From an uncultured virus (IMG/VR IMGVR_UViG_3300033148_004385) (lineage: Duplodnaviria > Heunggongvirae > Uroviricota > Caudoviricetes): a stretch of DNA of 64,000 bases. The position numbers were made by a program, and so were the translations under genes. Positions 10,487 through 20,662 of this stretch are shown one piece after another; within the stretch, counting starts at the first letter, position 1, and each line of letters opens with the position of its first letter. The notes under the pieces are model-generated. The model had not been told where the DNA came from. It searched no databases and was given only the letters and a program-made list of their open reading frames with translations. The stretch spans positions 1 to 64,000 of the IMG/VR virus record IMGVR_UViG_3300033148_004385; one strand, given 5' to 3'.

Positions 10487-12793
10487 ATGAGTTTAATTTT
10501 AAAAAAAGGAACTGATGTAGTGAGACAGACACTATTATTAGAAGATGGTCGTCCATTCTGGACAACAGACACCAAGAGGCTTTTTATTGGGGATGGAATT
10601 ACATTAGGTGGAAACCCAACTTCTTTGGTCTCAGGGGTTTCAGGGGTAACACAAGAAACATTAACTAACTTAACAATTCAACCAAATCAAGCTATTGAAT
10701 TCCCTCATGTTCTTGGTGTAAAACCAAAACAAGTTAGTGCATATAAAACCAGTGCATTGAGTGAAATATCTTTAGATGCATCAAATATGTCACTCTCAAA
10801 TTCCACATATGCAAATAAAAAACTCACATCAGAAAAAACTGAAAGTAATGCAATAAAGAATTTAACATATGACTTGTGTAATACTGTAAATGTCAAACCA
10901 GTTTTTATGGCTACACCCAATTCAAGTAGCACAACTTATTTTAGTAACCCTGTTTTGAGTGAAAGTGATTCGACTAAAGTCACAAACCCACTAAATACTT
11001 ATAATATGCCGGCCGATGCACAATATCGTGGAGCTTATGAATTACCCGAAAAACAAATAATGATGATATCGAGTTTTGCGATAGTATCAGGACAAAATAT
11101 CACAAATGCTTTCCCTGAATTAATGTTATTCGACATAACAAATAGGAGTGTATTATATCAATATAATTTGGGTGAAATATTTGGGGATAGAGGTGTTATT
11201 TGCTACTATATACAAGGTGCAACCAGCGCAAGTGTTAGGGGTCGACTAACCATTATCGGTGACTATGACGAAGACACCGGAATTGGTCTAATTGCTAGAA
11301 ATGATTCGCTTGGAACAGTATTTGCTGAATTTAATTTTTATACTGGGAAATTAATTGAATATATCAATAATCCCCTTGTGAGTAATCGAATAATTACAAG
11401 CATAAACTATATAAATGATAGAATATTTATAACATTAAAGGACGCCGACTATTCTATTTATGAATATAAACCAAATAAAGAATTGGTATTCATTACCGGT
11501 TTTATGGGGGCTGGTACTTATAATATGTTAACTAGGATTTACGGATTTGATGATGGTTCATATTTAATAAGTATAGACCAAAATATAAGATATATGGATG
11601 TTGCCGGTGATGTGCATTTAGTTTCAAGTGGAGTTGGAACAATGGGCGCAAAAGCTATTGCAATTGATTGGAATGGTCGGAAGTATATGAGTATAACCTT
11701 CCAGGATGGTTGGTATTATTTATACCATATTGTTAATGATAGCACATATAATTTATTACACTCTGAACAATTACAAGTTCGGCAACATTATATATCAGTT
11801 TTACAAACATGGGGTGAAAATACAGGTGAATTATATATTGAATTATTTTATTTTGGTGGCACAAATGGTGCAACAGTGGATAAGACACAGAGAGTAGTTA
11901 TTGATGCAACTGGAATAAGTGCAAGTGGTGTTGGCGTAAAGAATATTTTCACAGCCGATTCAGGTACTGCTTTAGAAGTAGATATTCCCTGTATTATAGC
12001 AAGTTTGTCACCAACATTTTCTACATCTGCTGGTACTGGAACAAAAAACATATTAGTAAAAGTTGATTCTTGGGATGAAATCACTGATGTACAAACGGTC
12101 GCAAGTGATTCAGGTGAAACATTGGATATTAAATTTTTAGCAAATGATGGGGCTTCTGATTTACCATCCCCGTATGACGGTATATTAGCTTGTGATTCAA
12201 CTTTATATGATAATATAAAAGGAATTGATGCTGTTGGAAAGTATGAATTAACAGGTGGTTCAGGTACATGGAATTTAGAAATTGATGGCGATTCAATTAT
12301 GAGTGGTGATATAACATTTGATACAGATTTAAATCTAACAGCCCAAAAAATAGTTGCCAATATTAATGCAAATTCTAAAACATCAGACTATAACAATCAA
12401 GTCTATGCTGAAATAACAAACGGGGTTTCAGAAATAACAATAACAGTACCAAATTATGCGGGGATAGCAGCTGATTTAAATACTACAAACATCGTTAATG
12501 GTGGAACTGGTACCGGAACACAGACACCATTTTCAGGAGCAAAAGAATCTTTGTTAAATGTGGTTAAATCACAAGCAGGTATTAAAGGATTTAGTTATCA
12601 AATCCAATTACAAACATCTGATGTCGATATAACACCAGTATTCAAAGAACTAAAATTAATAGTTAGTGAAATTGCTTATGATAAATTAATAGATAAAAAT
12701 GATAATATTGATATATATGTTAATGACACAAACGTTAAGATAAAAAACAATTCTAGTAAAAACATTACAATGAACTTGGAATTAATTACTTAA
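10487..12793 (+). CDS. Tail fibre / receptor-binding-like protein with Mtd-N-like N-terminus
   Basis: LKKGT...WTTDTKRLFIGDGITLGG N-terminal motif; G/T/S-rich beta-type body. Confidence 0.65.
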   Translation: MSLILKKGTDVVRQTLLLEDGRPFWTTDTKRLFIGDGITLGGNPTSLVSGVSGVTQETLTNLTIQPNQAIEFPHVLGVKPKQVSAYKTSALSEISLDASNMSLSNSTYANKKLTSEKTESNAIKNLTYDLCNTVNVKPVFMATPNSSSTTYFSNPVLSESDSTKVTNPLNTYNMPADAQYRGAYELPEKQIMMISSFAIVSGQNITNAFPELMLFDITNRSVLYQYNLGEIFGDRGVICYYIQGATSASVRGRLTIIGDYDEDTGIGLIARNDSLGTVFAEFNFYTGKLIEYINNPLVSNRIITSINYINDRIFITLKDADYSIYEYKPNKELVFITGFMGAGTYNMLTRIYGFDDGSYLISIDQNIRYMDVAGDVHLVSSGVGTMGAKAIAIDWNGRKYMSITFQDGWYYLYHIVNDSTYNLLHSEQLQVRQHYISVLQTWGENTGELYIELFYFGGTNGATVDKTQRVVIDATGISASGVGVKNIFTADSGTALEVDIPCIIASLSPTFSTSAGTGTKNILVKVDSWDEITDVQTVASDSGETLDIKFLANDGASDLPSPYDGILACDSTLYDNIKGIDAVGKYELTGGSGTWNLEIDGDSIMSGDITFDTDLNLTAQKIVANINANSKTSDYNNQVYAEITNGVSEITITVPNYAGIAADLNTTNIVNGGTGTGTQTPFSGAKESLLNVVKSQAGIKGFSYQIQLQTSDVDITPVFKELKLIVSEIAYDKLIDKNDNIDIYVNDTNVKIKNNSSKNITMNLELIT

Positions 12794-12843
12794 TCCCCAT
12801 AAAAACATATCAAAATAATATTAAAAAAAAAACAATGAAACAC

Positions 12844-12910
12844 TTGACAAATCCAGAAAAATAAGTATACTCTAAATAGATGGTAATTAAGCCATAGTCT
12901 GGGAGGATAA
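12844..12910 (+). promoter_or_regulatory. Repeated promoter-hairpin-RBS cassette, copy A
   Basis: TTGACAAATCCAGAAAA...TATACT then AGATGGTAATTAAGCCATAGTCTGGGAGGATAA. Confidence 0.75.
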
Positions 12911-12911
12911 G

Positions 12912-13214
12912 ATGAGTAAACCACTATTAAAAAAAGATATAATTGAAAGGTTGAATGAAAGATTAGACACTAAATCGAGTGTCTTTGTTTATAAACCTTT
13001 GCCGCTTCCAAGTGGTAAAGATTGCTTTTTACAAATAACAGAAGGCAGTGTTAGGATTCTTACTTTTTCTGGAAAAGAGATATACGGAATTGAAGGAATT
13101 GATAATGAAAAATTTTATAATGCTGTACGTATTATTGTAGAAAAATCACTAGATAAATACCCAACAGATGGGGAGGAGGTGAAACTTTTCATGAAAACCT
13201 TGCTAAAAAAATAA
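12912..13214 (+). CDS. Hypothetical early protein
   Basis: Strong GGGAGG RBS behind the promoter cassette. Confidence 0.7.
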   Translation: MSKPLLKKDIIERLNERLDTKSSVFVYKPLPLPSGKDCFLQITEGSVRILTFSGKEIYGIEGIDNEKFYNAVRIIVEKSLDKYPTDGEEVKLFMKTLLKK

Positions 13215-13216
13215 AA

Positions 13217-13612
13217 TCAATCACCACAATCATCACCACCATCACCACCACAAAGACAAAGCCTTTTACCTATCTCATGTAACTTAAGAACCAATAAGTA
13301 AGTTAGAATCATAATCAAAAGTGGAAAGTAATACCCATTAAAAAATAGAACACCAAACATGTAAATATTTACACTAATAAACACAATATTTATAATCAAT
13401 TTCTTATATAATGGTAATTGAGTTCTTTTCTTAACATCACGGTAAATACTTTTATAATCCTTATCAGTTCCAAATAACATTGCAGCTAGTATTGTAATAA
13501 ATAAAAAAATAAAATAACCTGTGAATACTATTTCAAATAATACACTACCAGCCACAAACCCAATATAAAAGACTAAAAGCATTGTTAAATTATATAATAC
13601 ATTATATGTCAT
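13217..13612 (-). CDS. Multi-pass membrane protein
   Basis: About four hydrophobic segments; similar layout to the adjacent 13609 ORF. Confidence 0.6.
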   Translation of the reverse strand: MTYNVLYNLTMLLVFYIGFVAGSVLFEIVFTGYFIFLFITILAAMLFGTDKDYKSIYRDVKKRTQLPLYKKLIINIVFISVNIYMFGVLFFNGYYFPLLIMILTYLLVLKLHEIGKRLCLCGGDGGDDCGD

Positions 13613-13989
13613 TTTTCACTCCTTATTTTTGATAATATTTTATGTTTAAGTAATATAGAACCAAAATCACTAACAATATATAATGCAAGAACTAGGTATT
13701 GTTGTTGTGTTATTAAAACATAAATCACCAATAATCGTGATAATGTTTCTGAAATATTAATAATGTATTGTTGATATTTTGGCAACTTAAGATAATGACT
13801 AATATCATCTTCAAGATTCTTGTAACCCTCACCTTTCAATATTTTCAATAAAATAAATGAGATTGCACCAATTAAATAAAACCCGACAAAAACTGTTTGG
13901 AATAATAAAACACCTTTTATAAAACCAAAGTAAAGAATAACCTGCATTATTATTATTATAAATGTATTGTTTTGTAAATTATATTTCAT
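13609..13989 (-). CDS. Multi-pass membrane protein
   Basis: Hydrophobic segments, AGGAG RBS; possible paralog of the 13217 ORF (VLFQTVFVGFY vs VLFEIVFTGYF). Confidence 0.6.
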   Translation of the reverse strand: MKYNLQNNTFIIIIMQVILYFGFIKGVLLFQTVFVGFYLIGAISFILLKILKGEGYKNLEDDISHYLKLPKYQQYIINISETLSRLLVIYVLITQQQYLVLALYIVSDFGSILLKHKILSKIRSEK

Positions 13990-13998
13990 TATTTACTC

Positions 13999-14388
13999 CT
14001 ATTCCCATGTAAAACATCTAAGTTTTTTTGATTTAAAATTATTGATTTTTTCACTACCAATCTTAGTAATAAAGTCTTCATTCAAATTCTTTTTGCCACT
14101 ATAACAATTTTTGGTGTATTTTAAATAAGCATCCTTTATGTCTACCACCTTATATTGACAAGTTTTTTTCTTAAATGGGTCACCACCAATCAAAGGTGTA
14201 TCAATATAGTAACCATTTTTATGTATTATACTATCACTTGTGAGTTTTAATGTACTTTTACATTTTTTATACTCAACCATCACCACATTCTTTGAAAGAA
14301 GATTGATGCTATTATGCAAGCTTATACTAAAAGCCACAACAAGAGAAGTGATTAGTATGATTATCATACTTTTTTTAATTTTTTTCAT
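13999..14388 (-). CDS. Membrane-anchored or secreted hypothetical protein
   Basis: MKKIKK plus hydrophobic stretch; GGAG RBS. Confidence 0.55.
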   Translation of the reverse strand: MKKIKKSMIIILITSLVVAFSISLHNSINLLSKNVVMVEYKKCKSTLKLTSDSIIHKNGYYIDTPLIGGDPFKKKTCQYKVVDIKDAYLKYTKNCYSGKKNLNEDFITKIGSEKINNFKSKKLRCFTWE

Positions 14389-15019
14389 GTTTAACTCCAT
14401 AAACCTCGTTAAAACCATAAAGTTCATTTATTTTTTTATGATTCTTTAATAAATTCTTATAATCTTCTAGCAATTGTTCCATCAGCTCAAAACTTAAATC
14501 CCTAATGTTTTTATGTGCTGATTTATCCAATCTTAATATTAAAAAATTAACTAAACTCCTAAGGTTAAAAGTAAGTTGCATTTTATAAATATAAGAAGCT
14601 GGTAACATCATAGATATGTCATCCATTGTATTTTTTTTATCTTCTAATAATTCAAGTATTTTATTAATATAATTACTCATTGTTTCATCAATTTCATGGA
14701 CACCAGTCTTTTCAAACTCAATTAAATCTTTTCTAAGTGTATACCTACTTGATTGAACCGTCATTGAAACACCTATTCTATGCCTTGACAGCTCTAATAA
14801 ACATTTTGCGGAACATTCTACATCAAATGTCAATAAAGAGTGTTCAAGAACACTACTATGGTTTCTACCAAAAGCAACTTTTCTAATTAATTCTAAGTCT
14901 TTTTTTCCGATATAGGTTTTATTTTTTGTGTCACTTCTGGAATGTGTTTTTCTTGAATACCTTATAGCATTGGCTATCAATAAAAGCGGTGTGTATTCTA
15001 ATAATTCTACTTTCATCAT
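14375..15019 (-). CDS. thyX: FAD-dependent thymidylate synthase
   Basis: HSSVLEH, ELSRHR, QSSRY, NLRSLVNFLILR...AH. Confidence 0.95.
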   Translation of the reverse strand: MMKVELLEYTPLLLIANAIRYSRKTHSRSDTKNKTYIGKKDLELIRKVAFGRNHSSVLEHSLLTFDVECSAKCLLELSRHRIGVSMTVQSSRYTLRKDLIEFEKTGVHEIDETMSNYINKILELLEDKKNTMDDISMMLPASYIYKMQLTFNLRSLVNFLILRLDKSAHKNIRDLSFELMEQLLEDYKNLLKNHKKINELYGFNEVYGVKHEKN

Positions 15020-15301
15020 AATCCTTTTTTAAATTACGCAACAACATTATTACGTGATTAATTATATATATATATTTTTATTTTGTAAAGGGTTTATTTT
15101 TTTAGATGTTATCCGAAAACAACTATATAGATTATTAAAAATTTTAATATGAACATCGTACCAACAAACATTAAAGATTTTAATATATCCATGTAGCCCC
15201 CTAAAAAAAATAACCAAGTTATATATATAATGATAAAATAAATTGAATTTGTCAAGGATAATAGTAAAAAAACATAAATATATTAAAATTAGGGATATAA
15301 A

Positions 15302-15742
15302 ATGGGAAGATTTAAACAAGGTAGGTATGAGGTACAAAATCCTAAAAAATATAAAGGAAATCCTCATAAAGTTGTGTATCGTTCAGGATGGGAAAGGGAT
15401 GTTTTTATATTTTTAGATAATAGTGATTCTGTTGTTGAATGGAATTCTGAATGTGTTATTTTGCCATATTTTGATAGTACTAAAGTAAAGAATCGTAAAT
15501 ATTTGGTTGATGTTTATGTGGAATTTACAAATGGTAAAAAATATCTATGGGAAATAAAACCAGCAAATAAACTAATAAAACCACCAAATAATAAAACAAA
15601 CCAATTAATTGAACATATTAATATAATGGAAAAAAAGGTTGCAGCAATGAATTATTGTAAAGCTTTAAGGATTCAAGGGATAGATATTAGTTATAAGTTT
15701 GTTTCAATAATTAAAGGTAAATTCAGAATAATAAGCCCTTAA
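15302..15742 (+). CDS. gp4: Head completion nuclease (T4 gp4-like)
   Basis: NPKKYKG...VYRSGWE, WNSE..ILPY, YLVD, EIKP. Confidence 0.88.
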   Translation: MGRFKQGRYEVQNPKKYKGNPHKVVYRSGWERDVFIFLDNSDSVVEWNSECVILPYFDSTKVKNRKYLVDVYVEFTNGKKYLWEIKPANKLIKPPNNKTNQLIEHINIMEKKVAAMNYCKALRIQGIDISYKFVSIIKGKFRIISP

Positions 15743-15811
15743 TTTTTCATACTATTCCTTGAATCCTGTTTAAGGTATCTGTAATTTCACTCATAAACCC
15801 TCAAAAATAAA

Positions 15812-15826
15812 TATAAATATATTTAT
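15812..15826. promoter_or_regulatory. T4-like late promoter motif (near-palindrome)
   Basis: TATAAATATATTTAT just upstream of baseplate hub genes. Confidence 0.5.
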
Positions 15827-15841
15827 TACATAAAGGAAATT

Positions 15842-16528
15842 ATGAATAACTTAAAAAAAATAAAACTACCAATTACAAATATTGAAATAACACTTAAATA
15901 TATTACTTTAGAAAACCATAAAAAATTAAGAAAAATGTATGATGTTAAAAAAAATGAAATTGAACAAAGTGAAATAATAAATGATTTTTTAAAAAAACAT
16001 GTAATAAATATTCCTGAAGAATTTGACTGGAATTTTATTGATAGGAATTACTTATTATTTCACTTATATAAATTCAGTAATGATGGTGTTAATTTATTTG
16101 GTTTTGAAAGATGTCCACATTGTGGTGATAAGGTTTATTCTACACATTTTTTAACTAATTATGATATACCATCAGAGCTTAAGAAAAATAGTTTTTATAC
16201 ATTTGTTGTTGGTGATGACATTATTAAAATAAGAACCCCTGAAGGTGATAAAATTGGTAATATATATAATTGGATTTCAAGCATCGAAAATTTAAATACT
16301 AATACTAAAATTGAAGAATTAGAAACCATTAAAGAATATATTAATACAGGAATTAAATTAAGTAATGGAAATCAGATTGTAAACATTCTTAGAGATAAAT
16401 TAAAAAAATGTATGGATATAGGTGGTTTTAATTTTAGTAAAAATAAATCTTGTATGAATTGTAAAAAAGAAATAAAAAACACAAAAGTTAGTTATCGTTT
16501 AATTTTTAATTGTTATTTGGAGATATGA
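15842..16528 (+). CDS. Baseplate hub assembly protein (gp26/gp51-like)
   Basis: IKLP...IDRNYLL, CPHC and CMNC Zn motifs. Confidence 0.55.
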   Translation: MNNLKKIKLPITNIEITLKYITLENHKKLRKMYDVKKNEIEQSEIINDFLKKHVINIPEEFDWNFIDRNYLLFHLYKFSNDGVNLFGFERCPHCGDKVYSTHFLTNYDIPSELKKNSFYTFVVGDDIIKIRTPEGDKIGNIYNWISSIENLNTNTKIEELETIKEYINTGIKLSNGNQIVNILRDKLKKCMDIGGFNFSKNKSCMNCKKEIKNTKVSYRLIFNCYLEI

Positions 16529-17241
16529 TTTACACTAAAAGAATTAAATTACCATTATCACAAAAGGATATCACCTTTAAAAGGCTTAATTTTAAGGATT
16601 TCAAGGCTTTCTTGTATATACCTGACACAAACAACACCTTTAATGATTTTCAGGTTGTAGCGAACAATTTTTGTGATGTAGACTTATTAAATAATGCAAT
16701 AAATGATATTGATAAATTATATTATATGTATAGTTTGATTTTTTATGCAATGGAAAATTATATTGAGTTTAATTTAGAGTGTCACAACCAAAGATGTAAG
16801 ACTATTAATAATTTTGATTTGGATGTAGATGTAACAGAAATAAATACAGATATTGGTTTTGATGATTATAAGATAAAAAATATAAATGGTGATATTCAAG
16901 GGTTGGTGTTAAGCAATATGCGTTTAGGGGATGCTAAAAAAATACAAAATAAAATAGACAATAAAATAAATGAAATCAAAAACCATGTGTTTGTGAAATT
17001 TGATAAAAAAATAAATTGTAATTATTGCAAAAAAGAAATAAAACTAGATTTAGAATTAATGACATTTAAGGATTTGTATCTGTTAATAAATCACTACTTT
17101 TCCTTAAAATGGTACTATCAAAACATACAGATTCTAAAGAAATTTAATTATTCTATGTTAGAAATAAATGATATGTATTTGTTTGAAGTTGATATAATTA
17201 AAACAAGTGAAATCTTAAATATGGAGAGACAAGCAAAATGA
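16525..17241 (+). CDS. Baseplate hub assembly protein (gp26/gp51-like paralog)
   Basis: IKLPLSQK, IDKLY, C..RC and CNYC motifs; GGAG RBS. Confidence 0.55.
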   Translation: MIYTKRIKLPLSQKDITFKRLNFKDFKAFLYIPDTNNTFNDFQVVANNFCDVDLLNNAINDIDKLYYMYSLIFYAMENYIEFNLECHNQRCKTINNFDLDVDVTEINTDIGFDDYKIKNINGDIQGLVLSNMRLGDAKKIQNKIDNKINEIKNHVFVKFDKKINCNYCKKEIKLDLELMTFKDLYLLINHYFSLKWYYQNIQILKKFNYSMLEINDMYLFEVDIIKTSEILNMERQAK

Positions 17242-17603
17242 ATATAAAATGTGTGCAAGAAGCAATAAATGATAAAAGAATTGAAGCTGGAAACCTATCT
17301 GATGGGTATCATACTTTTAATGAACTATATGAATTTAGAAAAGTATATAATGCAGCATTGTTTAATGAATGGGGAAAATTAGGAAAATATGATGTTCACA
17401 AAAGTAAAAAACACTTTGATGGAAATGATTGTTTTGATGGTGGGTGGTTTATTGTTGTTGCTATATTACCAAGTGGACAAATTACCAATCATTACGAATT
17501 AAAAGATTGGGATTTATTTAATATACCTGTTTTTGAAACTGCTAAATATCCGTTCGATGGTCATACACCACAAGATGTTATCACACGTTTAAAAAACATA
17601 TAA
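17238..17603 (+). CDS. Conserved phage protein (SDGYHTF...DGHT, WDGH-like family)
   Basis: LSDGYHTFNELY, GQITNHY, FDGHT motifs. Confidence 0.65.
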   Translation: MNIKCVQEAINDKRIEAGNLSDGYHTFNELYEFRKVYNAALFNEWGKLGKYDVHKSKKHFDGNDCFDGGWFIVVAILPSGQITNHYELKDWDLFNIPVFETAKYPFDGHTPQDVITRLKNI

Positions 17604-17666
17604 TTATTTATTGTTGGCATATCTCTAAAAGTATGTTATTATTGGGTAATCGTTGAAGGATTGATT

Positions 17667-18596
17667 ATGAAAGTGAAATGTGAAATAATGAATGGGGATG
17701 CACTACAAAAACTGAAGGAATTGAAAACAAACTCGGTTGACATTTGTGTTACTTCACCACCATATTGGGGATTAAGAGATTATGGTGTTAATGGACAAAT
17801 AGGTCAAGAATCTGATTTTAGAGATTACCTAAAGAATTTGATTATAATATTTGATGAAACAAAAAGAGTTTTAAAATCTGAAGGTTCTTTGTATGTTAAT
17901 TTGGGTGATACATATGCTGGAACTGGGAATAAAAAAAACCATAAAGACCCTAAAAACAAGAAGGGGCGGACCGGTCAAGAAATTGCTAAAAACAACAAAG
18001 TAAAGGGTGTTCAAAGAAAGTCTCTTATTGGGATACCTGAACGTTTTATGATAGCAATGATTGATTCTGGCTGGATTTGTAGAAATACTATTATATGGGA
18101 AAAACCGAACGCCATGCCTTCCCCTGTGAAAGATAGATACACAAGTAGTTTTGAGAAGATATTCTTTTTTACAAAACAACAAAAATATTTTTTCAAACAA
18201 CAACTTGAACAATATACCGCACCATTAAATAGGTGGGGTGGTAATGATATGGATGGCGTTGAATCTAAATGGGATGATGGTGTTGGACAATCACTTGGTA
18301 GAAAAAGAAATCTTAGACCAAACCCTAAAGGTAGAAATAAAAGAGATGTATGGAAAATAAACACTAAAGGATATAAAGATGCTCATTTTGCTGTTTATCC
18401 ATTAGAGTTAATTAACCCTATAATACAAGCTAGTTGTCCACCAAATGGTGTAGTTCTTGACCCATTCGCTGGAAGTGGTACAACTGGTGTTGCTGCATTA
18501 CAACAAAATAAAAATGCCATATTAATTGAATTAAATTCAGAATATGTAGAACTAATAAAAAAAAGAACAAAAAACACTCTTAAGCCATTATTTTAA
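17667..18596 (+). CDS. Site-specific DNA methyltransferase, beta class, probably N4-cytosine
   Basis: TSPPYW catalytic motif N-terminal, HFAVYP, DPFAGSGTT SAM motif C-terminal. Confidence 0.92.
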   Translation: MKVKCEIMNGDALQKLKELKTNSVDICVTSPPYWGLRDYGVNGQIGQESDFRDYLKNLIIIFDETKRVLKSEGSLYVNLGDTYAGTGNKKNHKDPKNKKGRTGQEIAKNNKVKGVQRKSLIGIPERFMIAMIDSGWICRNTIIWEKPNAMPSPVKDRYTSSFEKIFFFTKQQKYFFKQQLEQYTAPLNRWGGNDMDGVESKWDDGVGQSLGRKRNLRPNPKGRNKRDVWKINTKGYKDAHFAVYPLELINPIIQASCPPNGVVLDPFAGSGTTGVAALQQNKNAILIELNSEYVELIKKRTKNTLKPLF

Positions 18597-18644
18597 TAAA
18601 AAACCTCAAATAAATATATTATAGAACTTTAGGATTTTAAAAAT

Positions 18645-20225
18645 ATGAATGAAGATAATATTTTATTTGAAATACAAAAACAATTAAATAACATGGTACT
18701 AGAATACACACAGGGTGGTTTAAAAATTGGTGCAAAATTAGATGTGATAACAGAAATGAAATCACAGCTAGAAAAAGATTCTGATGCAATAGGTTTTTTT
18801 AAAAAATATGCAACAAAAAAAGGTAGGGAAACAAGCAAGGGAATTGATAACCGTTTAACTATGTTGGACAAAGAATTTGAAGAATTAAAAAAAGGTAAAC
18901 TATTACAGGAACAATTGATTGAAAGAGCTAAATTACAAAGTGATACATCAGATTTCAGGCAGCTTGATATTGAAACACAAGAAAAACTAATTGCACAACA
19001 AGAAACAACTAATGATAAGTTTGAAGATTTCACTCGTTTCATGAAAGATGATTTTACTGATATGATAGCAAAACAGGGAAGTTTTAATCCTGAAGAGTTT
19101 ATTGATAATTTAAATGCACGGATGGACGAAAGTAAACCTGAAAAAACTGAAAAAAAAGATGTTGATGATTCTGGTTTTTTTGATGCTTTGGTTGGAATGA
19201 CATTGATGTTTTTACCACAAATTAAAGAAGGTATTAAGTATTTAAAAATGTTTACAACAGGTCTTTCAGAATCGATAAAAAATATGTTAGGTTTAACACA
19301 ACAAAAAGAAATTTATGATAATGCAAGTAAAGTTATTAACCAAAACTATGATAATTTTATTGATACACAAGATAGATATGCTAAAAAGTTTTTAACAATG
19401 GAAAGTGAACTTGATGATTCACAACAAAAAGAATTATTAGAAAAAGCTAAGAAATCACAATTTGAATTAGAAGCTTCTGGTGTTGCTGGAAAACTTGGAA
19501 TAAGTAAGAGATTTACTGATGAAAATATGATAAAACAAGACATCCAACTTGGTAGTGTTTTCCAAAAAGAATTTAAAAATATAGCACAAAACTTTGAACA
19601 GTTTAAAGATAATGATTATGCATATCAAGAATTTATAGATAAAGCATATAAAAGAGCTGAAAAGATATATGATATTGATGATAGAAAAAAGACTGAACAA
19701 CTTTTTAATGAATATCTGAACGAATTAAAAGAAATAAAAACAGAACAAAAACAACAAACAAAAGAAGAAACAATGAGGCGTGCATTTTATTCAAAAGGTT
19801 TTGAGAAAAAATTATCAGAACAAGAAGAAGAAAAGTTAAAAGAATTAACTAAAATAACACAAGAACAATCGAAAGAAAGAAAGGGTATAAGAGAGTTAGA
19901 AGAAGAAGGTTACACAAGAGAAGAAGCTATAGATGTATATAGAGATAGAACACAAGTTGATGAACAAATATCAGTTCGTGGGAAAACAGATTTTGGTGAT
20001 GTATTTAAAACTAAAACACAAGAAAATTCATTAATGAATAAAATGAATAATAATAAGAAAGTAATTGAAAAACAAAATGATACATCAAAGGGAACAAAAA
20101 AAGTTGAAGAAATACAGCAAAATAATGTAGTATCAAGTAACCAAACTGTTGTTAATAAATCAAACCCAACTTTTATTGTTGCATCACAAGATAATATAAC
20201 TGGTTCAAAGGGTGAATCATTTTAA
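18645..20225 (+). CDS. Coiled-coil protein, possible tape measure / gp29-like baseplate hub
   Basis: Long helical K/E-rich body, NNVVSSNQTVVN-type tail, lies before gp25. Confidence 0.45.
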   Translation: MNEDNILFEIQKQLNNMVLEYTQGGLKIGAKLDVITEMKSQLEKDSDAIGFFKKYATKKGRETSKGIDNRLTMLDKEFEELKKGKLLQEQLIERAKLQSDTSDFRQLDIETQEKLIAQQETTNDKFEDFTRFMKDDFTDMIAKQGSFNPEEFIDNLNARMDESKPEKTEKKDVDDSGFFDALVGMTLMFLPQIKEGIKYLKMFTTGLSESIKNMLGLTQQKEIYDNASKVINQNYDNFIDTQDRYAKKFLTMESELDDSQQKELLEKAKKSQFELEASGVAGKLGISKRFTDENMIKQDIQLGSVFQKEFKNIAQNFEQFKDNDYAYQEFIDKAYKRAEKIYDIDDRKKTEQLFNEYLNELKEIKTEQKQQTKEETMRRAFYSKGFEKKLSEQEEEKLKELTKITQEQSKERKGIRELEEEGYTREEAIDVYRDRTQVDEQISVRGKTDFGDVFKTKTQENSLMNKMNNNKKVIEKQNDTSKGTKKVEEIQQNNVVSSNQTVVNKSNPTFIVASQDNITGSKGESF

Positions 20226-20255
20226 TAAATAGTTTATAGATACTAGGGGTTTTAA

Positions 20256-20642
20256 ATGACAACAGTAAATGAAGCAGTTAACAATTTATATGTGGATTTT
20301 GATATTGATTTTACTATCAACGATAAAAAAGATATTTCATTAATAACTGGTATAGATTCAATAAATAATTCCCTTAATAATATTATATTTTCAAACTGGG
20401 ATGAAACACCATTTAACCCAAATTTTGGTAGTGATTTAGGTAACCTAATTGGTGATAATCACAGTAAAGGGATGGTAAAATTTTTAAAAGATAATATAAT
20501 AGAACAAATTAAAAATAATGAAAATAGAGTTGAAGTAATAAATGTAAAAGTAGAATATCATAAATCAGATTATTTATATTTTATAACAGTGTTTTATAAG
20601 TATAAAAACTTAGAATATGATTATTCAGTTTATTTCAAATAA
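20256..20642 (+). CDS. gp25: Baseplate wedge subunit (gp25/GPW family)
   Basis: SINNSLNNII...ETPFNPNFGSDL, ENRV. Confidence 0.88.
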   Translation: MTTVNEAVNNLYVDFDIDFTINDKKDISLITGIDSINNSLNNIIFSNWDETPFNPNFGSDLGNLIGDNHSKGMVKFLKDNIIEQIKNNENRVEVINVKVEYHKSDYLYFITVFYKYKNLEYDYSVYFK

Positions 20643-20662
20643 TTTTTAAATGAGGTAATAAT

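Noticed and set aside
10487..12793. Diversity-generating retroelement suggested by the Mtd-like N-terminus and by the variable MORN genes
   Set aside because: No reverse transcriptase in the window and no template/variable repeat pair differing only at adenines was seen.
15062..15367. 101-aa minus-strand ORF overlapping gp4
   Set aside because: It overlaps a confident gene and a promoter-like region, has low-complexity composition and no RBS.
5137..18662. Two genes both start MNEDNI
   Set aside because: Similarity ends after six residues; likely chance.
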